Source: Candidatus Falkowbacteria bacterium | GTDB lineage: Bacteria; Patescibacteriota; Patescibacteriia; Patescibacteriales; UBA12465 | Reading direction: 5' to 3' | NCBI GenBank assembly: GCA_012800315.1 | Contig: JAAZJO010000010.1 | Coordinates: 45,942 to 109,941 of the forward strand | DNA: 64,000 nucleotides | In this document: one piece after another, positions 1-8,445 of the stretch | Position numbering within the stretch: position 1 is the stretch's first letter | Layout of the letters: every line of letters begins with the position of its first letter | The notes under the pieces: generated by a model | Databases searched by the model: none | Told to the model about the DNA's origin: nothing | The model's input: the letters and a program-made list of their open reading frames with translations, nothing else | Made by a program: the position numbers and the translations under genes

Positions 1-72
1 AATTGTTAAGAGATGAAATTTCATAGTTAGTTTATTGAGTCTATTTTATTTAATTTCTATAAATTATTATAA

Positions 73-106
73 CAAAAAAGCGCTGTTTTTACACGGCGCT
101 TTTTTG
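73..106. terminator. Intrinsic terminator downstream of khpA, probably bidirectional
   Basis: CAAAAAAGCGCTGT...ACGGCGCTTTTTTG inverted repeat with A and T tails, 20 nt after the KH gene stop. Confidence 0.75.
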
Positions 107-125
107 CATATTCAATTTCGTTCTT

Positions 126-452
126 TTAGATTTTTAAATCATCGATTGCAGATGTGTCGATATCTTCACGTTCATCGCGATGTTCGCTGTGACGACGATT
201 ACCGCCTTCTGGATCGTAGATTTTTAAGTTGACACGAGAATTGTTTTTAGCACCAACAATCTTTAATAGAGTGCGGATTGCTTGTGCTGTTTGGCCTTTA
301 CGACCAATAACATAGCCCATGTCAGCTGGATTGATTTTAAGAGTCAATAAGACCCCTCTTTCATCAATCGTTCTGTCAACGACTACATCGTTTGGATTAC
401 CAACGATTTGTTTTACAACAGTTTCTAAAAACTGCTTGTCTTGTTCTACCAT
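126..452 (-). CDS. khpA: KH-domain RNA-binding protein (KhpA/YlqC family)
   Basis: DMGYVIGRKGQTAQAIRTLL KH GxxG motif; usual position downstream of rpsP. Confidence 0.9.
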   Translation of the reverse strand: MVEQDKQFLETVVKQIVGNPNDVVVDRTIDERGVLLTLKINPADMGYVIGRKGQTAQAIRTLLKIVGAKNNSRVNLKIYDPEGGNRRHSEHRDEREDIDTSAIDDLKI

Positions 453-504
453 ACGTTTGTTTTAATTTATTAAATAACTGCTAGTTAGCAGATCTATACT
501 ATTA

Positions 505-532
505 ATTATACCATAAATTACCGATTTGTCAA
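505..532 (-). promoter_or_regulatory. Sigma70 promoter for khpA
   Basis: Minus strand TTGACA-16 nt-TATAAT with extended -10 (TGGTATAAT). Confidence 0.7.
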
Positions 533-540
533 CTCGGTTA

Positions 541-1053
541 TTAGGCGTTTTCTGGGGTATTCTCAGCCACCTTTTCTTCTTCAGTCTTTACAGTTTCTTC
601 AGCTGTTTTTTCTTCTTCAGTCTTTACAACCTCCTCTGCCGCTTTTTCTTCTTTCACTTCAGTTTTAGGTGCTTCCTCTGGCATCTTTTCTTCTTTAACA
701 TCAGCTGCTTCAGCTGCTTCAGTTGCTGCGGCTGAACCCTTTTTCTCGGCCTTAGCCTTAGCTTGATTTAAGCGTTTTTCACTTACTTTTCCCGGTTTGG
801 AAGCGACTACCTTTTTACCAGCAATAACCTTTTTTTCAACTAAAAGATTATTAACAGAAGCAGTCATTTGTGCTCCTTTAGAAAGCCAATAGTTAATTCG
901 CTCATTTTTAGCAACTAGTTCTTTAGAATAAGGATTATATGATCCTAAAATTTCTAAAACATTGCCATACGGATCACGGCTTTTTTCCGAAATAATTAAG
1001 CGGAATACTTTTTTGTTTGTTTTACCAGTTTTGGATAATTTAATTACTAACAT
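541..1053 (-). CDS. rpsP: 30S ribosomal protein S16 with long Glu/Lys/Ala-rich C-terminal extension
   Basis: MLVIKLSKTGK...EILGSYNP...YWLSKGAQMTASV S16 signature. Confidence 0.95.
   Translation of the reverse strand: MLVIKLSKTGKTNKKVFRLIISEKSRDPYGNVLEILGSYNPYSKELVAKNERINYWLSKGAQMTASVNNLLVEKKVIAGKKVVASKPGKVSEKRLNQAKAKAEKKGSAAATEAAEAADVKEEKMPEEAPKTEVKEEKAAEEVVKTEEEKTAEETVKTEEEKVAENTPENA
571..642 (-). repeat. 36-nt (12-aa) imperfect tandem repeat in the S16 tail
   Basis: EEVVKTEEEKTA / EETVKTEEEKVA; TTTTCTTCTTCAGTCTTTACA occurs twice, 36 nt apart. Confidence 0.75.
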
Positions 1054-1087
1054 AATTTTGTTTTTCAGTATTATTTTATATTGGAAA

Positions 1088-1116
1088 ATAATAGCTTAAT
1101 ATTAGTTAAAAGTCAA
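1088..1116 (-). promoter_or_regulatory. Sigma70 promoter for rpsP
   Basis: Minus strand TTGACT-17 nt-TATTAT. Confidence 0.55.
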
Positions 1117-1146
1117 TAATGATGGTATAAGGGGTTAAAAATAAGA

Positions 1147-3405
1147 TTAACGGCTGTTAAAGCGGTTTGGACGAGATGGTCTGCGACCATTTCCACCAAA
1201 ACTAGGACGATGATTACTAAAACCGTTGCCACTTGATTTACCTTTTTCGCTCTGCCATAAAGCTTGGTTTTCTGGCAAACCTTTCATTGTTAAATTAATG
1301 CGTCCTTGATCATCTATTTCTTTAATTTTAACAGTAATTTCATCACCAATAGAGACAAAATCGCTTGGTTTATCAATCCTATAAGGAGCTAGTTCACTGA
1401 CATGAACCATGCCGTCTTGATTGGAGTTGAGAGCGACAAAGGCGCCAAAATCTAAGAGACGAACAACCTTTCCCTTAATTACTTCACCAACTTCAAAAAC
1501 ATGAACAATTTCCTTTACTTGTCTAACAGCTTCAGCAACTTTATCAGCCTCTGTACCACAAACCATCACTAAACCGTCATCATCTATATTAATGCTAACA
1601 CCGGTTTCATCAATAATGCGATTAATTACTTTACCGCCTGGCCCAATAATCATACCAATTTTTTCTGGATCAACATTAAAGCTGGTAATCCGTGGAGCAT
1701 AAGGAGATAATTCGGCGCGTGGGGCTGGAATAGCTTCTTTTAAGACAGCTAAAATTTCATTTAAAGCGGCGCGGCCTTGAGTTAGGGTTTGGCGAATAAT
1801 TGCTTCATCAAGTCCGATGGTTTTAGTATCAAGTTGAATAGCCGTTAAACCAGTATCAGTTCCAGTAATTTTAAAGTCCATGCCACCATCACCATCTTCT
1901 AAGTCTTGAATATCGGTAATCACCTGCCACTTACTCATATCACGATTAGAGGCTAGACCCATGGCAATACCAGCCACATGTTTTTTAATAGGTACGCCAG
2001 CATCCATTAAAGATAAAGTAGAAGCACAAGTTGAACCCATGGAAGAAGATCCATTTGAGCCTAAAGTTTCAGAAACAACCCGAATGGTATAAGGGAATTC
2101 TTCTTTAGTGGGGATAACGGGCAGTAAAGCTTTTTCAGCTAAGGCACCATGGCCAATTTCTCGGCGACCAGTGCCCCGTAGTGGCGAAGCTTCACCAACA
2201 CAATAAGGTGGGAAATTATAATGGTGCATGTAACGTTTTTTGCTGCGTCCTTCAATACTTTCTAAAGATTGTTCAAGGCTAGGAGCGCCTAAAGTAACTA
2301 CTGACATGACTTGTGTCTCTCCGCGTGAGAATAAAGCTGAGCCATGAACACGTGGCAATAGGGAGGTGTCTGCTAATAAAGGACGAATTTGAGTTAATGA
2401 GCGACCGTCAACTCGCTTTTTTTCCTCTAAAATTGAATGCGTAATTTCTTCGTCAACCATTTTTTCTACCAAAGTTTTGCTAACATAATCACGATCATTT
2501 CTAGCAATACCAGCCTCAAATAAATATTGATCTAATTGATTTTTTATTTCTACTAAAGCGGCTTTACGCTCTGCTTTAGTGTAATAAATTTTATCAAATA
2601 AAATATTTTTGATATTTTTCTTTAACCAGTCTTCGCCCTGTGCTAATAATTTCTTTTTTGCTTCTTCTTGAGCTAATTCATCAGCAGTTTTTAGAGTTTT
2701 TTTCTCTGTTTTTGTTTTTGGAGTAATGTTCGCTTTTAATTCATTAAATAAATCAATAGCTCCCTTCATTGCTTTCATGCCGGCGACAATAGCATCACCA
2801 ACAATTTTTTCAGGCACTTCATTGGCGCCCGCTTCAATCATAATTAAACGATTATCCGTGCCAGCAATAATTAAATCTAAATCACTTTCTGCTTGCTGTT
2901 CGTAGGTTGGGTTAAAAACAAATTCATTATTAATTAAACCAACTCTCACACCACCAATTGGACCAGCCCAATTAATGCCGGAGATAGATAAGGCGGCGGA
3001 AGCAGCCAATAAAGAAACAACGTCGTAATCATTTTCTTGATCAACGGCTAAAACAGAAATAATTACTTGAACATCACGTCTATCTTCTTGATCAAATAAG
3101 GGACGAATAGCCCGGTCAATCATTCGTCCAGTTAAAACAGATTGATCGGTTGGCCGTCCTTCACGCTTAATCCACTGAGAACCTTTAATCATGCCAGCGG
3201 CATAAAGTTTTTCTTCAAAATCAACCATCAAAGGAAAAAAATCAATTCCTTCGCGTTCAGTTTTTGCTTGGACAACATTAGCCATGACAACGGTTTCGCC
3301 ATATTGGACTAAAACCGAAGCATCAGCTTGTAAAGCTAAGCGGCCAGTTTTAACGCTGAGTTCACGACCCAGCCACTGTGTCTTAAACACTTTTTCGTTT
3401 AACAT
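1147..3405 (-). CDS. pnp: Polyribonucleotide nucleotidyltransferase (PNPase)
   Basis: Two RNase PH domains (FFPLMVDFEEK, RREIGHGALAE, GDMDFK-like GGMDFK), KH and S1 domains. Start placed at ATG 3405 (MLNEK) because the track's ATG at 3426 lies inside a leader hairpin. Confidence 0.96.
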   Translation of the reverse strand: MLNEKVFKTQWLGRELSVKTGRLALQADASVLVQYGETVVMANVVQAKTEREGIDFFPLMVDFEEKLYAAGMIKGSQWIKREGRPTDQSVLTGRMIDRAIRPLFDQEDRRDVQVIISVLAVDQENDYDVVSLLAASAALSISGINWAGPIGGVRVGLINNEFVFNPTYEQQAESDLDLIIAGTDNRLIMIEAGANEVPEKIVGDAIVAGMKAMKGAIDLFNELKANITPKTKTEKKTLKTADELAQEEAKKKLLAQGEDWLKKNIKNILFDKIYYTKAERKAALVEIKNQLDQYLFEAGIARNDRDYVSKTLVEKMVDEEITHSILEEKKRVDGRSLTQIRPLLADTSLLPRVHGSALFSRGETQVMSVVTLGAPSLEQSLESIEGRSKKRYMHHYNFPPYCVGEASPLRGTGRREIGHGALAEKALLPVIPTKEEFPYTIRVVSETLGSNGSSSMGSTCASTLSLMDAGVPIKKHVAGIAMGLASNRDMSKWQVITDIQDLEDGDGGMDFKITGTDTGLTAIQLDTKTIGLDEAIIRQTLTQGRAALNEILAVLKEAIPAPRAELSPYAPRITSFNVDPEKIGMIIGPGGKVINRIIDETGVSINIDDDGLVMVCGTEADKVAEAVRQVKEIVHVFEVGEVIKGKVVRLLDFGAFVALNSNQDGMVHVSELAPYRIDKPSDFVSIGDEITVKIKEIDDQGRINLTMKGLPENQALWQSEKGKSSGNGFSNHRPSFGGNGRRPSRPNRFNSR

Positions 3406-3415
3406 TTTTTTATTG

Positions 3416-3478
3416 AGTCTGGCCATTAAATTAAAGAACTGTATCTAAATACAGTGCTATCTATTTAATGGTCAGACT
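3416..3478 (-). promoter_or_regulatory. Long stem-loop in the pnp 5' leader (candidate RNase III/autoregulation site)
   Basis: AGTCTGACCATTAAAT pairs with ATTTAATGGCCAGACT (16 bp, one mismatch) and encloses an ACTGTAT/ATACAGT hairpin. Confidence 0.65.
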
Positions 3479-3495
3479 GTTATTAAATTTATTAA

Positions 3496-4032
3496 TTATT
3501 TTCTCTTTTTTAAATTATTTGAGCGACTGTTGCGATTATAAATAAGAAATTTTTTATCGCTTCCTAAATCAGTAAAGTCATCAGCTTCTTCAACTAGGCG
3601 CGAAGAACAGGTTTTTCGGAAAGCCATAATTTCTACTAAACAGCCTTTGTTATTTTGTAGGTAGGAGACTAGTGGTAAATAATCACCATCACCAGAAACT
3701 AGGACAATGACGTCTAGTTTATCGCCTAGTTTAATGGCATCAAGAGTAATGCCAACATCCCAATCACCTTTTTTAGCACCGCCGGCAAAAACTTGTAGAT
3801 CTTTCATTTTTACTTCAAAGCCTTGTTGTTCTAGGGCTTCAATGAAGGGCGCTTCTTCTTGATTTTCGGTCCGTATAGCATAAGCAGTGGCCCGGATAAG
3901 CTTCCGGCCGGCCACTGCTTTAGCTAAAATCTCTTTAAAGTTTACTTTTTGCTTATACAAATTCTTGGCTGAATGATACATATTAGAAACATCCACCAAA
4001 ATTCCTACGCGTTGTTCACTGTGTTTAATCAT
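3496..4032 (-). CDS. NYN-domain (LabA/DUF88, PIN-like) putative ribonuclease
   Basis: LVDVSNM, KKGDWDVGITLD and VSGDGDY acidic motifs. Confidence 0.9.
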   Translation of the reverse strand: MIKHSEQRVGILVDVSNMYHSAKNLYKQKVNFKEILAKAVAGRKLIRATAYAIRTENQEEAPFIEALEQQGFEVKMKDLQVFAGGAKKGDWDVGITLDAIKLGDKLDVIVLVSGDGDYLPLVSYLQNNKGCLVEIMAFRKTCSSRLVEEADDFTDLGSDKKFLIYNRNSRSNNLKKRK

Positions 4033-4033
4033 T

Positions 4034-4414
4034 TTATTTTTCGTCTTCTAAATTTTCTTCTAATTCTTCATCGCTTTCAGTTTCTTCAGCGACCTCTTTC
4101 TTTTCTTTCTTTTTTTCTTCTTCCTCTTCTTCCTCAATTAATTTTTTAGCGATTTTTAATTTTAATTTTTCTGCTAAATTTTTAAAGGCTTCAGCATCTT
4201 CTTTTTGCAAATATTTTAATAATTTACGTCTTTCGCCAACTTTTTTTAATAAACCGCGACGAGAAGAGAAGTCGTGCTTATGTTTTTGTAGGTGCTCAGT
4301 TAATTCCTTGATCTCTTCAGTTAAAATAGCAATTTGAACTTGAGAAGAGCCAGTATCGGTTTCATGAACACGAAATTTTTTGATAATTTTTTCTTTTGCT
4401 TTTTTGTCTAACAT
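4034..4414 (-). CDS. rpsO: 30S ribosomal protein S15 with acidic C-terminal tail
   Basis: [38 protein letters not shown]. Confidence 0.97.
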   Translation of the reverse strand: MLDKKAKEKIIKKFRVHETDTGSSQVQIAILTEEIKELTEHLQKHKHDFSSRRGLLKKVGERRKLLKYLQKEDAEAFKNLAEKLKLKIAKKLIEEEEEEEKKKEKKEVAEETESDEELEENLEDEK

Positions 4415-4422
4415 AACTTTTC

Positions 4423-4469
4423 GCTTTATCCGAGAAGTGGGCTAAGCTGTCCCTCATCCCAGAAAGAGC
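4423..4469 (-). promoter_or_regulatory. Structured rpsO leader (candidate S15 autoregulatory element)
   Basis: GC-rich island; minus strand GCT-CTT-TCTGGGA pairs with TCTCGGA-TAA-AGC around an inner GGG/CCC stem and ends 8 nt before the ATG. Confidence 0.55.
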
Positions 4470-4495
4470 ATCATTAAATATATTAAATAAGACGC

Positions 4496-4756
4496 TTATT
4501 GCAAAGCGTTAATTTTTTTCATTAATCTTGATTTTTTGCGAGAAGCAGTGTTTTTCTTAATCACGCCTTTTTTGGCTGCCTTATCAATCGCTTTAATAGT
4601 TTTAGGATAGTCTTGCTTAACTGCTTGATCACTATTATTGATTTGCTTTAAGTTGTTTTTTACTAAACTTTTCAGTTTATTAGATACCTTTTTATTAGCG
4701 GCATTTCTTTTTACGGCTTTTCGCAATTCTTTTTCCGCCGATTTCTTATTTGGCAT
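4496..4756 (-). CDS. rpsT: 30S ribosomal protein S20
   Basis: MPNKKSAEKELR, IDKAAKKGVIKKNTASRKKSRL. Confidence 0.96.
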   Translation of the reverse strand: MPNKKSAEKELRKAVKRNAANKKVSNKLKSLVKNNLKQINNSDQAVKQDYPKTIKAIDKAAKKGVIKKNTASRKKSRLMKKINALQ

Positions 4757-4861
4757 ACTGAATTTTCTAAATATTAATTAATTAAAAGTAATCAAATACT
4801 AACACGATAATAAATAAAAATCAAGAGTGGGGTGACTAAGAGGGAATGATTGCTTTATTGC

Positions 4862-4894
4862 AAAAATACAGTCTTTATGGACTGTATTTTTTTT
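4862..4894. terminator. Intrinsic terminator after the tRNA cluster
   Basis: AAAAATACAGTC-TTTATG-GACTGTATTTTT perfect inverted repeat directly after the tRNA-Pro CCA end. Confidence 0.75.
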
Positions 4895-4897
4895 GAG

Positions 4898-4971
4898 TGG
4901 TCGGGGCGCTGGGAATTGAACCCAGTCAACATGCTCCCAAAGCATGCGTACTACCGGTATACGACGCCCCG
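4898..4971 (-). tRNA. tRNA-Pro(UGG), CCA encoded
   Basis: CGGGGCG...CATGC-TT-TGG-GA-GCATG...GGTTCAATTCC...CGCCCCG-A-CCA cloverleaf. Confidence 0.95.
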
Positions 4972-4973
4972 TT

Positions 4974-5048
4974 TGGTGCCTCGGGTCAGAATTGAACTGA
5001 CGACACAAGGATTTTCAGTCCTTTGCTCTACCACTGAGCTACCGAGGC
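4974..5048 (-). tRNA. tRNA-Phe(GAA), CCA encoded
   Basis: GCCTCGGTAGCTCAGTGGTAGAGC-AAGGA-CT-GAA-AA-TCCTT...CCGAGGC-A-CCA. Confidence 0.96.
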
Positions 5049-5090
5049 CCAAGAATCATAATAGATTTATGGGTTTTTTGATAAAAACTG

Positions 5091-5163
5091 TTGCGGGAGT
5101 TGGACTCGAACCAACGACCTCTAGGTTATGGGCCTAGCGAGCTGCCAACTGCTCTATCCCGCG
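5091..5163 (-). tRNA. Initiator tRNA-fMet(CAU), CCA not encoded
   Basis: CGCGGGA acceptor with C1:A72 mismatch, A11-U24 pair, anticodon arm CTAGG-CC-CAT-AA-CCTAG. Confidence 0.9.
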
Positions 5164-5191
5164 ATACATTTTCTAATTTAATTTATTAGAG

Positions 5192-5265
5192 TGGGCAATG
5201 GAGGAGTTGAACCTCCGACCTCAACATTATCAGTGTTGCGCTCTAACCAACTGAGCTAATTGCCC
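5192..5265 (-). tRNA. tRNA-Ile(GAU), CCA not encoded
   Basis: GGGCAATTAGCTCAGTTGGTTAGAGC, CAACA-CT-GAT-AA-TGTTG, GGAGGTTCAACTCCTCC. Confidence 0.95.
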
Positions 5266-5283
5266 GTTAATTTTACGAATAAG

Positions 5284-5312
5284 AATATAACAAATAATAA
5301 ATAAAAAAGCAA
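5284..5312 (-). promoter_or_regulatory. Sigma70 promoter for the tRNA cluster
   Basis: Minus strand TTGCTT-17 nt-TATATT with extended -10 TG. Confidence 0.5.
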
Positions 5313-5325
5313 GGATTGCCTTTAT

Positions 5326-6294
5326 TTATAATTCAGAAATTAAGAGCGCTAATTCAGTTTTAGTTTGACTAAGACCACGTTTATTAGAAAAATCAAGCCA
5401 GACTAATCGGTTTAAATAGTTTTTAAGGCTTTCGCTAGAGAAATTTTTAGCTTGAACAAGACCTTTTTTAATAATAAAGGGATGGAGACGTAACTGAGAG
5501 GAAATTTCGGCTGGACTTAGCTTATTATTTAAGCAGCTGCGAATTTGTAATAAAATTTTAAATTGGCGAATTAGCATGGCAATTAAATATTCATCACTTA
5601 GACCCGCCGCATATTGCTCCTTTAGAAGTCGTAAAGCAACGGCTTTATTTTTAGCACTTAAAGCATCAGTTAAAGCAAAAATATCTTCACTCACGGCTCC
5701 AACACATAGGTCTTTAACATCATTTTCGGCAATAATTTTAGTTGGACTATAAAAACATAATTTCTTTATTTCACTAGCGAGCAACCAAGGATCGCCGCCA
5801 GTTAAATTAATTAAGGTTGAGGCGGCACTGGCGCTAACTTCTTTTTGATAAGCAGCAGCTTCTTTTTTAATAAAGTTAAGTAGTTGTAGATTAGTGAGTG
5901 GCTTAAATTCTTGGACGAATTTTTGTTTAGTTAAAAAACTAAATAATTTTTTTGCATCAGCTTTTAATGGTGTGTTTTTAGTGTTTAATTCTTCATCAAT
6001 AAAAATAATGATATTACTTTCATCGTTAACAAATTTTTTTAAATAATCAGCTAATTCAAGAAATATTTTTGTTTTTTTATTTTTAAAAATATTATCAATA
6101 ATAACTAATCTTTTTTTAACAAATAAAGAGCCAGTATTAATTTTTTCATTAATTTCTTTTAGCGTGGCTTCTTGTCCATTAATAAATCCTAAACTATCAC
6201 CGTTGGGATCGGTGTCTTTGAGATATTTATTTTTCATTTCTCGGAGCAGGCGATGACTGCGAAAAGTATCGGCTCCATATAAAAAGATAATCAT
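5326..6294 (-). CDS. holA: DNA polymerase III delta subunit
   Basis: MIIFLYGADTF, GSLFVKKRLVII, EDIFALTDAL, LRLHPFIIKK; typical length. Confidence 0.9.
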   Translation of the reverse strand: MIIFLYGADTFRSHRLLREMKNKYLKDTDPNGDSLGFINGQEATLKEINEKINTGSLFVKKRLVIIDNIFKNKKTKIFLELADYLKKFVNDESNIIIFIDEELNTKNTPLKADAKKLFSFLTKQKFVQEFKPLTNLQLLNFIKKEAAAYQKEVSASAASTLINLTGGDPWLLASEIKKLCFYSPTKIIAENDVKDLCVGAVSEDIFALTDALSAKNKAVALRLLKEQYAAGLSDEYLIAMLIRQFKILLQIRSCLNNKLSPAEISSQLRLHPFIIKKGLVQAKNFSSESLKNYLNRLVWLDFSNKRGLSQTKTELALLISEL

Positions 6295-6327
6295 AAATTG
6301 AGTGTTTAGCGTGCACAGTTTTTAATT

Positions 6328-7167
6328 TTATTTTTGAGCTTCAATTCTAACCTGTTTTAGAGTGTTTATTTTTTCTGCTAAAAATCTTTCAGCTAGATCT
6401 TTAAATAATTTTGGATTATCAGTGGTGTAGTATTTTCTAACTGGTTTTTTCACTGGCTTTAAACCGAGTTCTGGATGTCTGTTAAGGTAATCTTTCAATG
6501 ATTTAGCGACTAATGCTCCTGGATTGGGAATAAAAACTTTTTTGCCCATAATTTTCACAATTTCTTGATAAAGAAAAGGGAAGTGGGTGCAGCCAAGAAT
6601 GACGGTGTCAACTCGTTGTTTTTTTAGGGGACGCAAATATTCAGCTAGAATCATTTTTGTTTCTGGTCTGTTTAACCAATTTTCTTCAATTAAGGGTACT
6701 AGTAGTGGTGCGCTTTGGGAAATAACTTTAAGACTAGGTTTAATTTTTTTTAATTCAATTTCATAAGCATTGGAGGTAATTGTAGCCTTAGTTCCAAGCA
6801 CGCCAATTCTTTTACTATTTTTATTATTAGCAATTTCTTCAGCGATTGGCCTAATTACGCCTAAGAGACGACGGTGCGGATAGTATTTTGGTAAATAATC
6901 TGTTTGTAAACGGCGCAATGCTTGAGCGGTGGCAGTATTGCAAGCAATAATAATCAGATTGCAACCAGCTTTAAACAGAAAGTCTACAGCTTCACGTGTA
7001 TATTGATAAATAGTTTCTGGAGATTTAGAACCATAGGGCAGGCGAGCATTATCACCGAGATAATAATAATGATAATTAGGTAATTCTTTTAAAAAATATT
7101 TCAAAATAGATAAGCCACCTAGACCAGAGTCAAAGACGCCAATAATATTTTTTTTATTGTCTAACAT
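6328..7167 (-). CDS. murI: Glutamate racemase
   Basis: IGVFDSGLGGLS, PYGSKS, IIACNTAT, ILGCTHFP; start placed at ATG 7167, overlapping the murD stop. Confidence 0.95.
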   Translation of the reverse strand: MLDNKKNIIGVFDSGLGGLSILKYFLKELPNYHYYYLGDNARLPYGSKSPETIYQYTREAVDFLFKAGCNLIIIACNTATAQALRRLQTDYLPKYYPHRRLLGVIRPIAEEIANNKNSKRIGVLGTKATITSNAYEIELKKIKPSLKVISQSAPLLVPLIEENWLNRPETKMILAEYLRPLKKQRVDTVILGCTHFPFLYQEIVKIMGKKVFIPNPGALVAKSLKDYLNRHPELGLKPVKKPVRKYYTTDNPKLFKDLAERFLAEKINTLKQVRIEAQK

Positions 7168-8422
7168 ATTGCTTAAATAGATTGCCGCGTTCTTTATAAT
7201 TTTTAAATATTCCAAAGCTGGCGCAAGCTGTAGATAATAAAACAATGTCACCCGCGGCTGCTTTTTGTTTAGCTATTTTAACAGCCTCTTTCATATCAGC
7301 CACTTCTTTAATTTTTTCTGGAGGAAAATTTATAGCCTTTAATTCTTTTTTTATTTTAGTGGTTCCTTGGCCCGGCAATAAAATTAAAAATTTAACTTTC
7401 GTTTTTATTTTTTTAGCTAAATTTTTAAAACTAGCTCCTTTATCGGCACCACCAGCAATTTGAATGATTGGGGCGGAAAAAGAATCTAAATCAAGACAAG
7501 TACTTTCGGGAGTAGTGGAAAAACTATTATCAAAATATTTAACTTGTTTTATTTCAGTCACTAATTCTAAGCGATGCTCTAGGTTTTTAAAATTAGCAAT
7601 AGTCTTTTTAGCACTCGCTTCTTTTATTTTGAGAACTCTAGCAACAGCTAAAGCGGCAGCAATATTTTTTTTATTATAATCACCAACCAATCTTGAAGCT
7701 GTGTCGCTAGCGGTAAAGAAAATTAATTTGCCGGTTAATTTTTCGCGGCTTAATTTATTTTTTAAAGATTCATTAGCAATTAAATAGCGGTTGCCCGGTT
7801 TTTTAGCGATATTAAGTTTAGCTTGCCAATATTTATTGAAAGAGTGGTGATAATTAGGATTATGTAAGTCAGCTGGCGCTAAATGTTCTTTGTATAAATT
7901 AGTTATCACAGCAATTTTGGGAGCCGAGGCTAAATCTTCAAGTTGAAAACTAGATAGCTCTAAAACAACATAATCAGTTGGCTTAATTTTGTTTAAGAAA
8001 CTTAAAGGGGAGAGGCCAATATTACCACCTAACCAAACTTTTTTCTTAGCATTTTTTAAGATCTGATAAATTAAAGTAGCAGTTGTCCCTTTGCCCTTAG
8101 TGCCAGTGACGCCAATAATATTTTTTGTTGGACAGAGTTTTAAAAAAAGACTTAAGGGATTAATAATTTCAGTTTTTCCTTTTTTTCTGGCTTCAGTAAT
8201 GCCCGGACAAAATAAGGGCCAGCCGGGGGAGCGGAAAAGAATATCAAATTTATATAAATTTTTATTAAAGCCTTGAGGATCTTGGTGGGCGTCTTTAACT
8301 GTAATGGTGGCGTTAATTTTTTGTTCTTTTAATAATTTTAAGACAGCTTGATTATCAAGCCCTAGTCCTAGTAAAGCGATTTTTTTGCCATTTAATTTTT
8401 GTAGATAAGTAAATTTTGGCAT
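7154..8422 (-). CDS. murD: UDP-N-acetylmuramoyl-L-alanine--D-glutamate ligase
   Basis: VTGTKGKGTT, LGGNIG, VLELSSFQL, LEHRLE, LLSTACASFGIFKNYKERG. Confidence 0.93.
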   Translation of the reverse strand: MPKFTYLQKLNGKKIALLGLGLDNQAVLKLLKEQKINATITVKDAHQDPQGFNKNLYKFDILFRSPGWPLFCPGITEARKKGKTEIINPLSLFLKLCPTKNIIGVTGTKGKGTTATLIYQILKNAKKKVWLGGNIGLSPLSFLNKIKPTDYVVLELSSFQLEDLASAPKIAVITNLYKEHLAPADLHNPNYHHSFNKYWQAKLNIAKKPGNRYLIANESLKNKLSREKLTGKLIFFTASDTASRLVGDYNKKNIAAALAVARVLKIKEASAKKTIANFKNLEHRLELVTEIKQVKYFDNSFSTTPESTCLDLDSFSAPIIQIAGGADKGASFKNLAKKIKTKVKFLILLPGQGTTKIKKELKAINFPPEKIKEVADMKEAVKIAKQKAAAGDIVLLSTACASFGIFKNYKERGNLFKQYVRQ

Positions 8423-8445
8423 CTTAATTAAATAGTTTAATAATA

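Noticed and set aside
4799-5137. ORFs 4799..5008 (-) and 4850..5137 (+)
   Set aside because: They overlap the tRNA-Pro, Phe and Met genes and are translation artefacts
7168-7251. Extended murI N-terminus
   Set aside because: It lies inside murD; the racemase motif begins right after ATG 7167
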